A stretch of DNA of 64,000 nucleotides from Candidatus Rokuibacteriota bacterium (GCA_003221615.1 QHSQ01000103.1:14153-78152); one strand, 5' to 3'; positions 45,930 through 54,703 are shown, counted from the first letter of the stretch. Made by a program: numbers and translations. Notes: generated from the letters alone by a model not told the origin.

Positions 45930-46886
45930 ATGGCGCGACTGACTCGCGATGAGGTGCTGAAGAAGGCCGAGGCGCTCAAGAACTGGGGCAAGTGGGGTCC
46001 CGACGACGAGCTCGGCGTCCTCAACTACATCATGCCCGAGGACATCGTCAACGCCGCACGGCTGGTGAAGAAGGGCGCGGTGTTCCGTCTGGGCCTCAAC
46101 CTCGACGAGAACGGCCCGCAGCGCGGAATCTTCGGCGGGCGCTGGAATCCGATGCACCAGATGCTCGCGACCGGCACCGACGCCGTTGCCGGCAAGCACG
46201 ACGTCACGCCGGGGCTGCGCTACGCCGACGATGCGATCAACTTGCCGACCCAGGCCGCCACGCAGTGGGACGCGCTCTCGCACGTATTCCTCGTGGACAA
46301 GATGTGGAACGGCTACCCGGCGACGCTCGTCGACATGCGCGGCGCCCACAAGAACGGCATCGAGAGATTCGCGAACAAGATGGTCGGCCGCGGCGTGCTG
46401 CTCGACGTCGCCCGGTGGAAGGGCGTCGCGTGTCTCGCCGACGGTTACGGGATCACGGTCGCCGACCTCGACGCGACCGCTCGCGCTCAGGGCGTGACCG
46501 TGAAGCGCGCCGACTTCGTGATCATCCGTACCGGTCAGATGGAAGATCGTCTGGCGCGCGGCGAGTGGGGCGGCTACGCGGGCGGCGACGCCCCCGGCCT
46601 GGCGTTCGAGACCGTCGACTGGATCCACGCCAAGCAGATCGCCGGCATCTGCAGCGACACCTGGGGGATCGAGGTCCGTCCCAACGACACCGGGCCCGAC
46701 GTCTTCCAGCCCTGGCACTGGGTCACGATCCCCGCGATCGGGATCGTGCACGGCGAGATCTTCTATTTGAAGGAGCTCGCTGAGGATTGCGCCGCCGACG
46801 GCGTCTACGAGTTCTTCTTCTGCGCGCCGCCGCTGGTGATCACCCGCGGGACGGGCTCGCCGATCAATCCCCAGGCCATCAAGTAG
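45930..46886 (+). CDS. cyclase family protein (kynurenine formamidase-like fold)
   Basis: 318 aa with a GGGAGGGAG RBS. GKWGPDDELGVLNYI...GAVFRLGL matches the N-terminal pattern of the putative cyclase family. Confidence 0.7.
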   Translation: MARLTRDEVLKKAEALKNWGKWGPDDELGVLNYIMPEDIVNAARLVKKGAVFRLGLNLDENGPQRGIFGGRWNPMHQMLATGTDAVAGKHDVTPGLRYADDAINLPTQAATQWDALSHVFLVDKMWNGYPATLVDMRGAHKNGIERFANKMVGRGVLLDVARWKGVACLADGYGITVADLDATARAQGVTVKRADFVIIRTGQMEDRLARGEWGGYAGGDAPGLAFETVDWIHAKQIAGICSDTWGIEVRPNDTGPDVFQPWHWVTIPAIGIVHGEIFYLKELAEDCAADGVYEFFFCAPPLVITRGTGSPINPQAIK

Positions 46887-46920
46887 CCGCCAGACGCGCC
46901 CGAGTCGTCTGAGCGGCCGC

Positions 46921-47664
46921 TCAGCGCAGGTGGCCGACCACGTCCTTCTGGCACTCGACGAACGGAACGCTCAGCGGATCACGCGGCCGTGGGAGCGTCA
47001 CCTTCACTTCCGCTTTCACCGTACCCGGATGGGGCGTGAGCACGATGATCCGATCCGCCAGGTACACCGCCTCCGCGACGTTGTGGGTGACGTAGACGAT
47101 GGTCTTCCTGGTCTCGCGCCACACGTCGACCAACAAGCGCTGCATCTCGTCGCGGGTCAGCGCGTCGAGCGCCGCGAACGGCTCGTCCATCAAGAGGACG
47201 GACGGATTGTAGGCGAGGGCGCGCGCGATCGCCGCGCGCTGCTGCATCCCGCCCGAGAGCTCGTGCGGATAGGCGCCGGCGAAAGACTCGAGGTTGACGA
47301 GGCCCAGAAACCGTTGCGCGGTCTTGGCGCGTTCCTCACGGGGCACGCCCTTCATCTCGAGACCGAACTCCACGTTGCGCTGGGCCGTACGCCAGGGAAA
47401 CAGCTGGGCAAAGTCCTGGAAGACGACGCCGCGGTCGAGCCCGCGCCCACTGACCGCGCGACCACCGATCAGCACGTCCCCCTTCGTCGGCGAGAGGAAT
47501 CCGGCCAGGATGTTGAGCAGCGTCGTCTTGCCGCAGCCGCTCCGTCCCACGACGCAGATGAACTCCGATTCGGCGACGCCGAAGCTGACGTCGCGCAGCG
47601 CAGTGACGGCGCGCTCATTGGCCTCGTACTGGTAGTCGACGCGTCGGATCTCGATGTGATCCAT
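46921..47664 (-). CDS. NitT/TauT-family ABC ATP-binding protein
   Basis: Walker A GRSGCGKTT, signature LSGGMQQR, Walker B LLMDEPF. Confidence 0.9.
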   Translation of the reverse strand: MDHIEIRRVDYQYEANERAVTALRDVSFGVAESEFICVVGRSGCGKTTLLNILAGFLSPTKGDVLIGGRAVSGRGLDRGVVFQDFAQLFPWRTAQRNVEFGLEMKGVPREERAKTAQRFLGLVNLESFAGAYPHELSGGMQQRAAIARALAYNPSVLLMDEPFAALDALTRDEMQRLLVDVWRETRKTIVYVTHNVAEAVYLADRIIVLTPHPGTVKAEVKVTLPRPRDPLSVPFVECQKDVVGHLR

Positions 47665-47674
47665 GCGCGCTCGC

Positions 47675-48448
47675 TCACGTGCCCGCGGTGCGGACCATGC
47701 CCCACCGGCCCACGGTGCGTCGCTCGACGACCTGGAAAACGAGCCGCTCGAACCCGAGCCCGAGGATTCCGATGACCACGAGCGTGCTCAGCATCACGTC
47801 GGTCCTGAGGAACTCCTTTGAATCGAAGATCACCCAGCCAAGGCCCCAGCTGGTCGCGGCGATCATCTCCCCCCCGACCACGGCGATCCACGAGCGGGCG
47901 AACGCCTGGCGGAGTCCGGCGATGACGAAGGGAAGTGACCCGGGAAGCACGACCTTCCGGAAGAGTTCGCCGCCGCCCGCGCCCATGGTCTCGGCCGCGC
48001 GAATCCAGATGCGGTTGATCGAGCGGACACCGGTCCACGTGTTCAGGATGATCGGGAACGTGGCCGCATAGAAGACCAGGGCGACGCTCGCCGCGTTTCC
48101 CAGGCCGAACCAGAGGATGAAGAGGGGAACCCAGGCCAGCGACGGGATCGGGGAGAGCACGCTCACCAGGGGAAGCACGAATCGCTCGGCGGCCTTGAAT
48201 CGCCCCATCAGGATGCCGACCGGGACACCCAGCAGCGCGGCGAGGCCGAGCCCCCACAGGATGCGGTAGAGCGTGTAGGCGATGTGAACGAAGATGGAGC
48301 CGCTGACGACCATCTGAACGAGCGCGGGGACGATCACCGCCAGCGACGGAGAGAGCGCCGGGGAGAAGAGACCGCTCCGCGCGAACGCTTCCCATACCAC
48401 GGCCGCGAGGCCGAAGGAGGCGACCGTGCCGAAGACGAACCGCCTCAT
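47675..48448 (-). CDS. NitT/TauT-family ABC permease (second of two)
   Basis: The ATG at 48448 overlaps the upstream stop (ATGA). 257 aa with EAA-like loop AAETMGAGGGELFRKVVLPGSLP. Confidence 0.85.
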   Translation of the reverse strand: MRRFVFGTVASFGLAAVVWEAFARSGLFSPALSPSLAVIVPALVQMVVSGSIFVHIAYTLYRILWGLGLAALLGVPVGILMGRFKAAERFVLPLVSVLSPIPSLAWVPLFILWFGLGNAASVALVFYAATFPIILNTWTGVRSINRIWIRAAETMGAGGGELFRKVVLPGSLPFVIAGLRQAFARSWIAVVGGEMIAATSWGLGWVIFDSKEFLRTDVMLSTLVVIGILGLGFERLVFQVVERRTVGRWGMVRTAGT

Positions 48449-49245
48449 CGCTCGAGCATCCCCCATCGCACGACCGTGAACTTCTCGACGCGCTCGAACA
48501 CGAGCTTTTCGAGGCCGAGCCCGACGAGCCCGATCACGGCGATCCCGGCCAGCATCACGTCGGTGTTCAGGAACTCCCGGGCGCCGAAGATCAGCCAGCC
48601 GAGCCCGATCGAGACCGAGGTGAGCATCTCGACGGCGATCAGCACGCGCCATGCGCGCGCCAATCCGAGCCGGAGTCCGGTGAGAACGTAGGGGAGCGCG
48701 CCCGGCAGGACGACCTTCCGGAAGAGCTGGCCATCGGTGGCGCCCATGGTCTCGGCCGCACGAATCCAGATGCTCTTCACCGCCTTGACGCCCGTCCACG
48801 TGTTGACGACGACCGGAAACGTCGCAGAGAATCCCACGAGCAACACGGCGGGAAGATTGCCGAGACCGAACCACAGAACGAACAGCGGCGCGTAGGCCAG
48901 ACCGGGGATCGGGTTCCCCACGCTCACGACCGGGACCAGCAGATCCTCGGCCCACCGATATCGTCCCATCAGCATCCCCACGGTCACACCCACGACCGAG
49001 CCCAGGACGAAGCCCGCCGCCAGACGCAGCAACGTCTCGAACGCGTGGAGCGGCAGGATGCCCGTGACGATGAGGCGGACGAATGCGGCGACGATCGTCT
49101 CGATCCGCGGGAAGAGGCGCGGGGGAAACGGGCCGAAGATCGCGAATCCTTCCCAGAGGATCGCGACGACGACGAACGGCAGCACGAGCTGCGCCAGCGC
49201 GAGCGCCGCTCCTCGCAGGTAGAGCGTCGTCGGCGCGCGGAACAA
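48445..49245 (-). CDS. NitT/TauT-family ABC permease (first of two)
   Basis: 266 aa. TTG start 6 nt after the SBP stop. EAA-like loop AAETMGATDGQLFRKVVLPGALP. Confidence 0.85.
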   Translation of the reverse strand: MFRAPTTLYLRGAALALAQLVLPFVVVAILWEGFAIFGPFPPRLFPRIETIVAAFVRLIVTGILPLHAFETLLRLAAGFVLGSVVGVTVGMLMGRYRWAEDLLVPVVSVGNPIPGLAYAPLFVLWFGLGNLPAVLLVGFSATFPVVVNTWTGVKAVKSIWIRAAETMGATDGQLFRKVVLPGALPYVLTGLRLGLARAWRVLIAVEMLTSVSIGLGWLIFGAREFLNTDVMLAGIAVIGLVGLGLEKLVFERVEKFTVVRWGMLER

Positions 49246-49251
49246 GGGCCG

Positions 49252-50247
49252 CTAGCGCGCCGCCTTGGCCCTGGCCAGGAGATCCCGGTTCAGCGCCTTG
49301 GCGATGTCGGGCATTGTGTTGACGCGCCCCTCGCCCGCGCCCGACAGGAGATCCTTCGCCTGATCGACGAGGTATTTCTCCATCTGCGGCGTGAGGTCGG
49401 GCTCCCATTTCATCCGCTGGAGCGCCTTGTCGATCACGGCGACCGGGACCTCGCGGCCCAGGGACTTCTGCTCCTCGACGTACACCGCCGCCGCCTTCTG
49501 GGGCTCCTCCTTGAGGAACTTGACCGCGCGCAACCACCCGCGCAGGTACGCCACCACGGCGTCGGGGTTCTCCTTGATCACCTTGTTGGTTGCGGTCAGC
49601 ATGAACGGAAGCGGATCGTACTTGCAGTAGTCCTCGACGATGCGGAGCGTCCCGTCGTGCTCGCCGATGGCGCTGTACGGCTCGCCGAGTGAGGCCATGT
49701 CGATTGCCTTCGCGATCAGACTGGGCATCATATCCTTCGGGTCCGGGATATTCGCGACCTGGAAGTCGCCGGACTTGAGACCATAGCTCGGCGCGACGCG
49801 GGCCATGAAGACGTACTCGGTGATCGTCCCTTTCGGCAGGCCGATCCGCTTGCCGCGGAGCTGGCTCACGCTGTTGATGTCGGAGCTCTTGAGCGCCACG
49901 ATGTGAGTGGCCGCGCAGATCATGGAGTTGACCGCCACCGAGGTGTACGGAACGCCCTTGTCCAGACCGATCAGGAACGGCGTGGGGGCGGTCGCGTTGA
50001 TGTCGATCGCCCCGGCGATCATCGCGTCGCGTCCCTCCTTGCCGAGGAAGAACTTCCGGTGCTCCACCTCGAGCCCCGCCTGCTTGAAGTACCCCTGCCG
50101 GATGGCGAGGACGTCGGGCGCGCCCATGATCGACGCATGAACGCCCAGCCGGATCTTGAGCGGCTTCGCTTGTGGAGACACCGTTTCCGTGAATCCCACG
50201 AGGCATCCGAGGATGCCGAGAATTCCGAGCCAAATGGAGCGTTTCAT
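49252..50247 (-). CDS. NitT/TauT-family (NMT1-like) ABC substrate-binding protein
   Basis: GGAGAA RBS before the ATG at 50247. Signal MKRSIWLGILGILGCLVGF. NMT1-type fold. Confidence 0.8.
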   Translation of the reverse strand: MKRSIWLGILGILGCLVGFTETVSPQAKPLKIRLGVHASIMGAPDVLAIRQGYFKQAGLEVEHRKFFLGKEGRDAMIAGAIDINATAPTPFLIGLDKGVPYTSVAVNSMICAATHIVALKSSDINSVSQLRGKRIGLPKGTITEYVFMARVAPSYGLKSGDFQVANIPDPKDMMPSLIAKAIDMASLGEPYSAIGEHDGTLRIVEDYCKYDPLPFMLTATNKVIKENPDAVVAYLRGWLRAVKFLKEEPQKAAAVYVEEQKSLGREVPVAVIDKALQRMKWEPDLTPQMEKYLVDQAKDLLSGAGEGRVNTMPDIAKALNRDLLARAKAAR

Positions 50248-50401
50248 GGCTTTCTCCAGAGCGTCGGGGTTTTGCCGGGACTGGGCGGACTCTAGACGGC
50301 CGCGCGAAGCCTTGTCAAGACACGGGAGGGTAACCCTCACTTATGAGCTACGATGGCCGCCGGCCGGGGATGCTACGATCCCGGGCCGGAGGAGAACTGC
50401 T

Positions 50402-51622
50402 ATGACGCAGAACGGTGCCCTCTCGAACAACATGCGGCTCCTGGGCCACAACGATCTGGGCGGCTTCGGCAACTGCGGCGAGGGCATGGCCATCCAGATG
50501 GCCCGCGACGGGCGGCGCGTGATCTGGCTCGGTCACGAGTCGGCGCCGAAGAACTTCACGGCCGTGGACGTGACGGATCCGCGGAAGCCTTCGGTCATCG
50601 TCCAGACCGATCTGCCCCACGGCGACATGCGCTCGAACAACCTGGACCTGGTGGGCGACCTGCTGGTGGTCCCCTACCAGACGAGCCGGGTCGGGATGCA
50701 GCCGGCCGGTGTCGAGTTCTTCGACGTGGCCGATCCGGGCAAGCCGCGCTCGATCGCGTTCTTCGACGCCTCCGGGCCTCACTCGCGCGGCGTCCACCAC
50801 CTGTGGTTCGTCGACGGCGCCTACCTGCACCTGTCGAGCGGCGCGCCCGACTTCAAGCCGCGCAACCCCAAGGACGATCAGTTCTACCGCATCGTCGACG
50901 TGCGCCAGCCGACCCGTCCGGTCGAGGTCGGGCGCTGGTGGCTACCCGGTACGCGTGACGGCGATCCGGAGCCGCCGCTGGCCCGTCATCCGAAATTCGA
51001 CGCGGGCTTTCGCGCCCACAACACCAACGTGTACCCTCGCCGGCCGGATCGGGCGTGGATCGGCTACATCGACGGCGGCGCGATCGTCCTCGACATCTCG
51101 GACATGGCGCATCCCCGCATGCTGAGCCGCTGGGACTATCACCCGCCGTATCCGGGGTTCACCCACACCTTGCTGCCGCTCTTCGACCCTCAGCTGGTGA
51201 TCGTCTCCGACGAGGCGACCGCCGAAGCCGGCAAGGACTGGCCGAAGCTCGTGTGGGTCGTCGACATCCGCGACGAGACCAACCCGGTGCCGATCTCGAC
51301 CTTCCCGATCCCGGCCGTGGCCGACTTCGGCGGGCGGGGTGGACGATACGGCGCTCACAACCTGCACGAGAATCGGCCGGTCGCGAGCAACCTCGTGTCG
51401 GAGAAGCTGATCTTCGGCACCTACTTCAACGGCGGCGTCCGCGTCCACGACGTCTCGAACCCGTTCCAGCCCGAGGAGGTCGCCTACTACGTGCCCGAGG
51501 CGCCTCGCGGGTCGCGGGCCGGAGCCGTCCAGATCAACGACGTCCTCGTCGACGAACGCCGTGTCGTCTACGCGGTCGACCGCCTCATCGGCGGTCTCTA
51601 CACGCTGGAGCTCCAGGTCTAG
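50402..51622 (+). CDS. LVIVD-repeat beta-propeller protein
   Basis: GGAGGAG RBS before the ATG at 50402. 406 aa with repeats such as DLLVVPYQ and QLVIVSDE. No signal peptide. Confidence 0.65.
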   Translation: MTQNGALSNNMRLLGHNDLGGFGNCGEGMAIQMARDGRRVIWLGHESAPKNFTAVDVTDPRKPSVIVQTDLPHGDMRSNNLDLVGDLLVVPYQTSRVGMQPAGVEFFDVADPGKPRSIAFFDASGPHSRGVHHLWFVDGAYLHLSSGAPDFKPRNPKDDQFYRIVDVRQPTRPVEVGRWWLPGTRDGDPEPPLARHPKFDAGFRAHNTNVYPRRPDRAWIGYIDGGAIVLDISDMAHPRMLSRWDYHPPYPGFTHTLLPLFDPQLVIVSDEATAEAGKDWPKLVWVVDIRDETNPVPISTFPIPAVADFGGRGGRYGAHNLHENRPVASNLVSEKLIFGTYFNGGVRVHDVSNPFQPEEVAYYVPEAPRGSRAGAVQINDVLVDERRVVYAVDRLIGGLYTLELQV

Positions 51623-51631
51623 GGGAAGACT

Positions 51632-51659
51632 CGGAGGGGACCCGTCGCGGTCCCCTCCG
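51632..51659. terminator. hairpin between convergent genes (11-bp stem, 6-nt loop, no U-tract)
   Basis: CGGAGGGGACC-cgtcgc-GGTCCCCTCCG lies between the stops at 51622 (plus strand) and 51693 (minus strand). Confidence 0.5.
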
Positions 51660-51692
51660 ATGCAACGTCGCGGACGGGCCTTTCGCCGCCGG

Positions 51693-52340
51693 CTAGGCAG
51701 CGGGCTTGACGGTACTGGCTTCGCGGAGTCGCTGGTCGACGACCGACCAGTCGACGTTCTTGAAGAACGCCTCGACGTACTTCGTGCGCTCGGTCGCTTT
51801 GTAGTCCCGCATGAACGCGTGCTCCCACACGTCCATGACCAGCAGTGGCGTGCACCGCGCCGGGATGCCGTCCTGATGGAGGCTCACCCAGTGGTTGGTC
51901 AGCCGCTCGGTGACGGGATCCTCGAACAGGATCACCCAGCCGATGCCGCGCATGCCGGCGATCGTCTGAAAGTTCTCCAGCCACTGCTCGACTGATCCGA
52001 AGGTCTCGGCGAGCGCGCGCCCGAGCGCCTGTCGATCCGTGGGCCGGGCTTCGCCCCCCGCTTTCAGGTTGGAGAAGTAGAGCTCGTGCAGGACCATGCC
52101 GTCGTACTCGAACGCGAGCCGACGAGTTCCTTCGGCGAGGCTGAAATCCTTCCCGGCCTCCTTGCGGTCGGCGCGCATCTCGGAGAGCTCCTGCACCAGC
52201 GAGTTCACCTGCTTGACGTATCCCGCATAGAGATCGAGGTGCTCGGTGATCTGCGCGTCCGAGATCCCGGTGAGCCCTCTAAGGTGATCGAAGGATTTGG
52301 CGCTATATGTGGCTCGGCCATCTTTCTTCATCGTCTTCAC
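51693..52340 (-). CDS. Fe/Mn superoxide dismutase family protein (divergent N-terminal half)
   Basis: C-terminal DVWEHAF motif plus LHELYF. AGGAGG RBS. The canonical HHxKHH N-terminal motif is replaced by ITEHLDLYAGYV. Confidence 0.7.
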   Translation of the reverse strand: MKTMKKDGRATYSAKSFDHLRGLTGISDAQITEHLDLYAGYVKQVNSLVQELSEMRADRKEAGKDFSLAEGTRRLAFEYDGMVLHELYFSNLKAGGEARPTDRQALGRALAETFGSVEQWLENFQTIAGMRGIGWVILFEDPVTERLTNHWVSLHQDGIPARCTPLLVMDVWEHAFMRDYKATERTKYVEAFFKNVDWSVVDQRLREASTVKPAA

Positions 52341-52509
52341 GAACCTCCTAGTTGCTCAGTTCTGGAAGATCCGTGCCAGGCAGGCGCGCGAAGCATCCGT
52401 CGGGCACGCCCCATGCAATAGCCTCTGATCGCAGGAGCGGGCTTTCGGGCAGGCGAGGTGAGCTCGCGGGCAGGCGGAGTGAACAGATCGCAGACGGAAG
52501 GAGATCGTG

Positions 52510-52677
52510 ATGATCTACTACGCGCTCGTCTTCTTGATCGTTGGGCTTGTGGCCGGTGCGCTTGGATTATTCGGCATCGCCGCGATCGCCGGCCAGATCT
52601 CGTGGGTCCTGTTTCTGGTTGGCATCGTCCTCCTCGTCATCCATCTGGCGAGCGGGCGACACGTATCGATACGGTGA
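52510..52677 (+). CDS. UPF0391/DUF1328 small membrane protein (55 aa), absent from the ORF track
   Basis: My own translation is MIYYALVFLIVGLVAGALGLFGIAAIAGQISWVLFLVGIVLLVIHLASGRHVSIR. GGAAGGAG lies 6 nt upstream of the ATG. The two-TM pattern is typical of the YtjA/DUF1328 family. Confidence 0.7.
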   Translation: MIYYALVFLIVGLVAGALGLFGIAAIAGQISWVLFLVGIVLLVIHLASGRHVSIR

Positions 52678-52748
52678 CGGGCGGCGCCCTGTAGTTCTTT
52701 CCCTGTAACGTTCACCGACCATGTAACAACTACACGAGCCGAGTCCCA

Positions 52749-52778
52749 GGACGGTGGCGCTGATCGGCGCCACCGTCC
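52749..52778. terminator. hairpin between convergent genes (perfect 12-bp stem, 6-nt loop, no U-tract)
   Basis: GGACGGTGGCGC-tgatcg-GCGCCACCGTCC lies between the stops at 52677 (plus strand) and 52801 (minus strand). Confidence 0.55.
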
Positions 52779-52800
52779 GGACTCATAGTTCCCTACGGAT

Positions 52801-53814
52801 TCACGGCGACTTCTTGCCGAGCTCAGCGACCGCTCGGTCCCGGTAGGCGAAGTTGAACAGGCGATTCACGGGCAGCAGATCCTTGTACTTCAGGTGGCCG
52901 AGCTCGGAGGCGAGGCGCTGCATCGAGTCGAGCACCGTGGGGTCCATCTCGAGGTTCGGATCGAGCACGTGAGCGCGCGCCCGCCGGATCACGTCGGCCT
53001 TGGCACCGGTGTACTTCACCATCAGGTCGATGTTCCGCTCCTGCTTCCAGCCGTTGTCCAGGGCGAGATCGCGCGCGGCCTTCACGTAGGCGACCATGAC
53101 TTTGTGGGCCAGGTCGGGGTTCTTGGCCGCCCAGTCCTTGTTCCAGAAGATCGCGGTGATCGGCGTGGCCTTGGCGCCAGCCGGACGCGGCAGGGGCCGC
53201 AGCGCGACGCCGCGCTCCTCGGCCAGGGTCGGGAACGGCTCCGTGAGGATCGCCGCCTCGACCGCGCCTGACTCGAGCGCCGGCACCATGTCGGGGAACG
53301 GCATGATCTTGATCTGCACGTCCTTCAAGCCGAGGCCGTCCCGCTTGAGCGCCTGGTCGAGCATCCATTCGACGGCCGCGCCGCGTACGTTCAGCGCGAC
53401 GGGCTTGCCCTTGAGTTCGCCGATGCGCTTGATCTCCTTCTCCCAGGAGGCCTTGCGCACGGTGAAGTAGTCCTCGACATAGCCCGAGTGCAGCGGCGCC
53501 ACGAACTCGACGGGCAGGGACGCCGCCACCGCGTTGAAGCCCGCGGCGCCCATCCCGGTGCCACCCATGTTGAGCTGGCCGGTCGCGACCTGCGACAGGA
53601 TCTCGCTCCCGCCGCTCAGGCGAACGGTTTCCACGGCGATGTCGGCGGCCGGCAGATGCCGGTCGGCCATGATGTAGAGCGCCGCGAACGAGTCGGAGGG
53701 AATGTAGCCGACCTTCACCAGGGGCTTCGTCTGGGGCGACACCGGCGCCGCGGCGGCGAGGCCGGCCAGAACGACCACGGTCAACCAGACTCCCGGTCTA
53801 CGCGTCAGGCTCAT
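52801..53814 (-). CDS. NitT/TauT-family (NMT1-like) ABC substrate-binding protein
   Basis: GGAGG RBS. Signal MSLTRRPGVWLTVVVLAGLAAAAP. NMT1-type fold. Confidence 0.8.
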   Translation of the reverse strand: MSLTRRPGVWLTVVVLAGLAAAAPVSPQTKPLVKVGYIPSDSFAALYIMADRHLPAADIAVETVRLSGGSEILSQVATGQLNMGGTGMGAAGFNAVAASLPVEFVAPLHSGYVEDYFTVRKASWEKEIKRIGELKGKPVALNVRGAAVEWMLDQALKRDGLGLKDVQIKIMPFPDMVPALESGAVEAAILTEPFPTLAEERGVALRPLPRPAGAKATPITAIFWNKDWAAKNPDLAHKVMVAYVKAARDLALDNGWKQERNIDLMVKYTGAKADVIRRARAHVLDPNLEMDPTVLDSMQRLASELGHLKYKDLLPVNRLFNFAYRDRAVAELGKKSP

Positions 53815-53963
53815 GGATGCCTCCGTGTGTTCGGCGTCGCGTTCGCGGGCAGGTGGACCTGATCAGCGCAGGGACTGGACGTCCATTCAGAGCGCGCAGC
53901 GCCCGATCTCGATGCTCAACAATCGGGTTGTAGAACACATCGCCGGGGAAGGCAAGCGCGGCC

Positions 53964-53992
53964 TTGACGAGCTTTCCGCGTCGCTGTATATC
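53964..53992 (+). promoter_or_regulatory. sigma70-type promoter candidate (TTGACG-N17-TATATC) for the glcG-like gene
   Basis: The hexamers and 17-nt spacer were read directly. The promoter lies about 130 nt upstream of the ATG at 54123. Confidence 0.45.
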
Positions 53993-54122
53993 CCTCGACA
54001 CGGCGGGCGCCAGAGATGGTCGGAACCCTCGACGTCGTTCCCGAGTTATTCGCCCGTCCCTCGACGACGTCGGCCGTGCAGGCGAGGTCGATCTCAGCGT
54101 TCAATCCACGAGGAGGAGACCC

Positions 54123-54632
54123 ATGAGAACGGAACGTCTGGTGTCCCTGGTGGTCGGCACCGTGCTGGTCCTGGGCACGTCCCTGGCGAGCGCGCAGCAG
54201 CCCGCGGCCGCTCCGCCGCCACCGCCGCCGTACGGGCCCCCGATCACGCTCGAGCAGGCGAAGAAGATCATGGTGGGTGCCGAGGCCGAGGCAAAGAAGA
54301 ACAACTGGAACGTCGTCATGGTTGTCCTGGACTCGGGCGGCAATCTCGTCATGCTCCAGCGGATGGATGGCGCTCAGTTCGGTAGCATCGATGTCGCCAG
54401 GGACAAGGCCTACTCGGCCGTGGCGTTCCGCCGACCCACGAAGGCGTTCGACGATGCCCTCGCGCAGGGGGGCGCGAACCTTCGTATTCTCAGGCTATCG
54501 GGCGCGAGCCCGCTCGAGGGCGGGATCCCGATCATCCACGATGGCAAGCTGATCGGCGCGGTTGGCGTCTCGGGTGTCACCTCCGCTCAAGACGCCCAGA
54601 TCGGCCGGGCGGGAATCGAGAATCTGAAGTAG
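54123..54632 (+). CDS. GlcG/HbpS-like heme-binding (DUF336) protein, secreted
   Basis: AGGAGGAG RBS before the ATG at 54123. Signal peptide, then VVLDSGGNLVMLQRMDGA...GGIPI...GAVGVSG, which is typical of DUF336. Confidence 0.8.
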   Translation: MRTERLVSLVVGTVLVLGTSLASAQQPAAAPPPPPPYGPPITLEQAKKIMVGAEAEAKKNNWNVVMVVLDSGGNLVMLQRMDGAQFGSIDVARDKAYSAVAFRRPTKAFDDALAQGGANLRILRLSGASPLEGGIPIIHDGKLIGAVGVSGVTSAQDAQIGRAGIENLK

Positions 54633-54703
54633 GCGGACGCGCGGCGGACTGGAGCGGGGTGACGGGGTGGCCCGGCCCGGTCCGCCGTTCGCGCCCTTCA
54701 GGC

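Noticed and set aside
45692-45952. Cys-rich 86-aa ORF (and the 147-aa ORF at 45499-45942) in the intergenic region upstream of the cyclase gene
   Set aside because: There is no RBS. The frames run into or overlap neighbouring genes. The Cys/Arg-rich composition is typical of an out-of-frame reading, and no family resemblance was found.
47675-50233. 852-aa ORF spanning two permease genes and the SBP gene
   Set aside because: Only the last 257 aa are permease-like. The rest is an out-of-frame read-through of the neighbouring genes. The ATG at 48448 with an ATGA overlap gives a normal permease.
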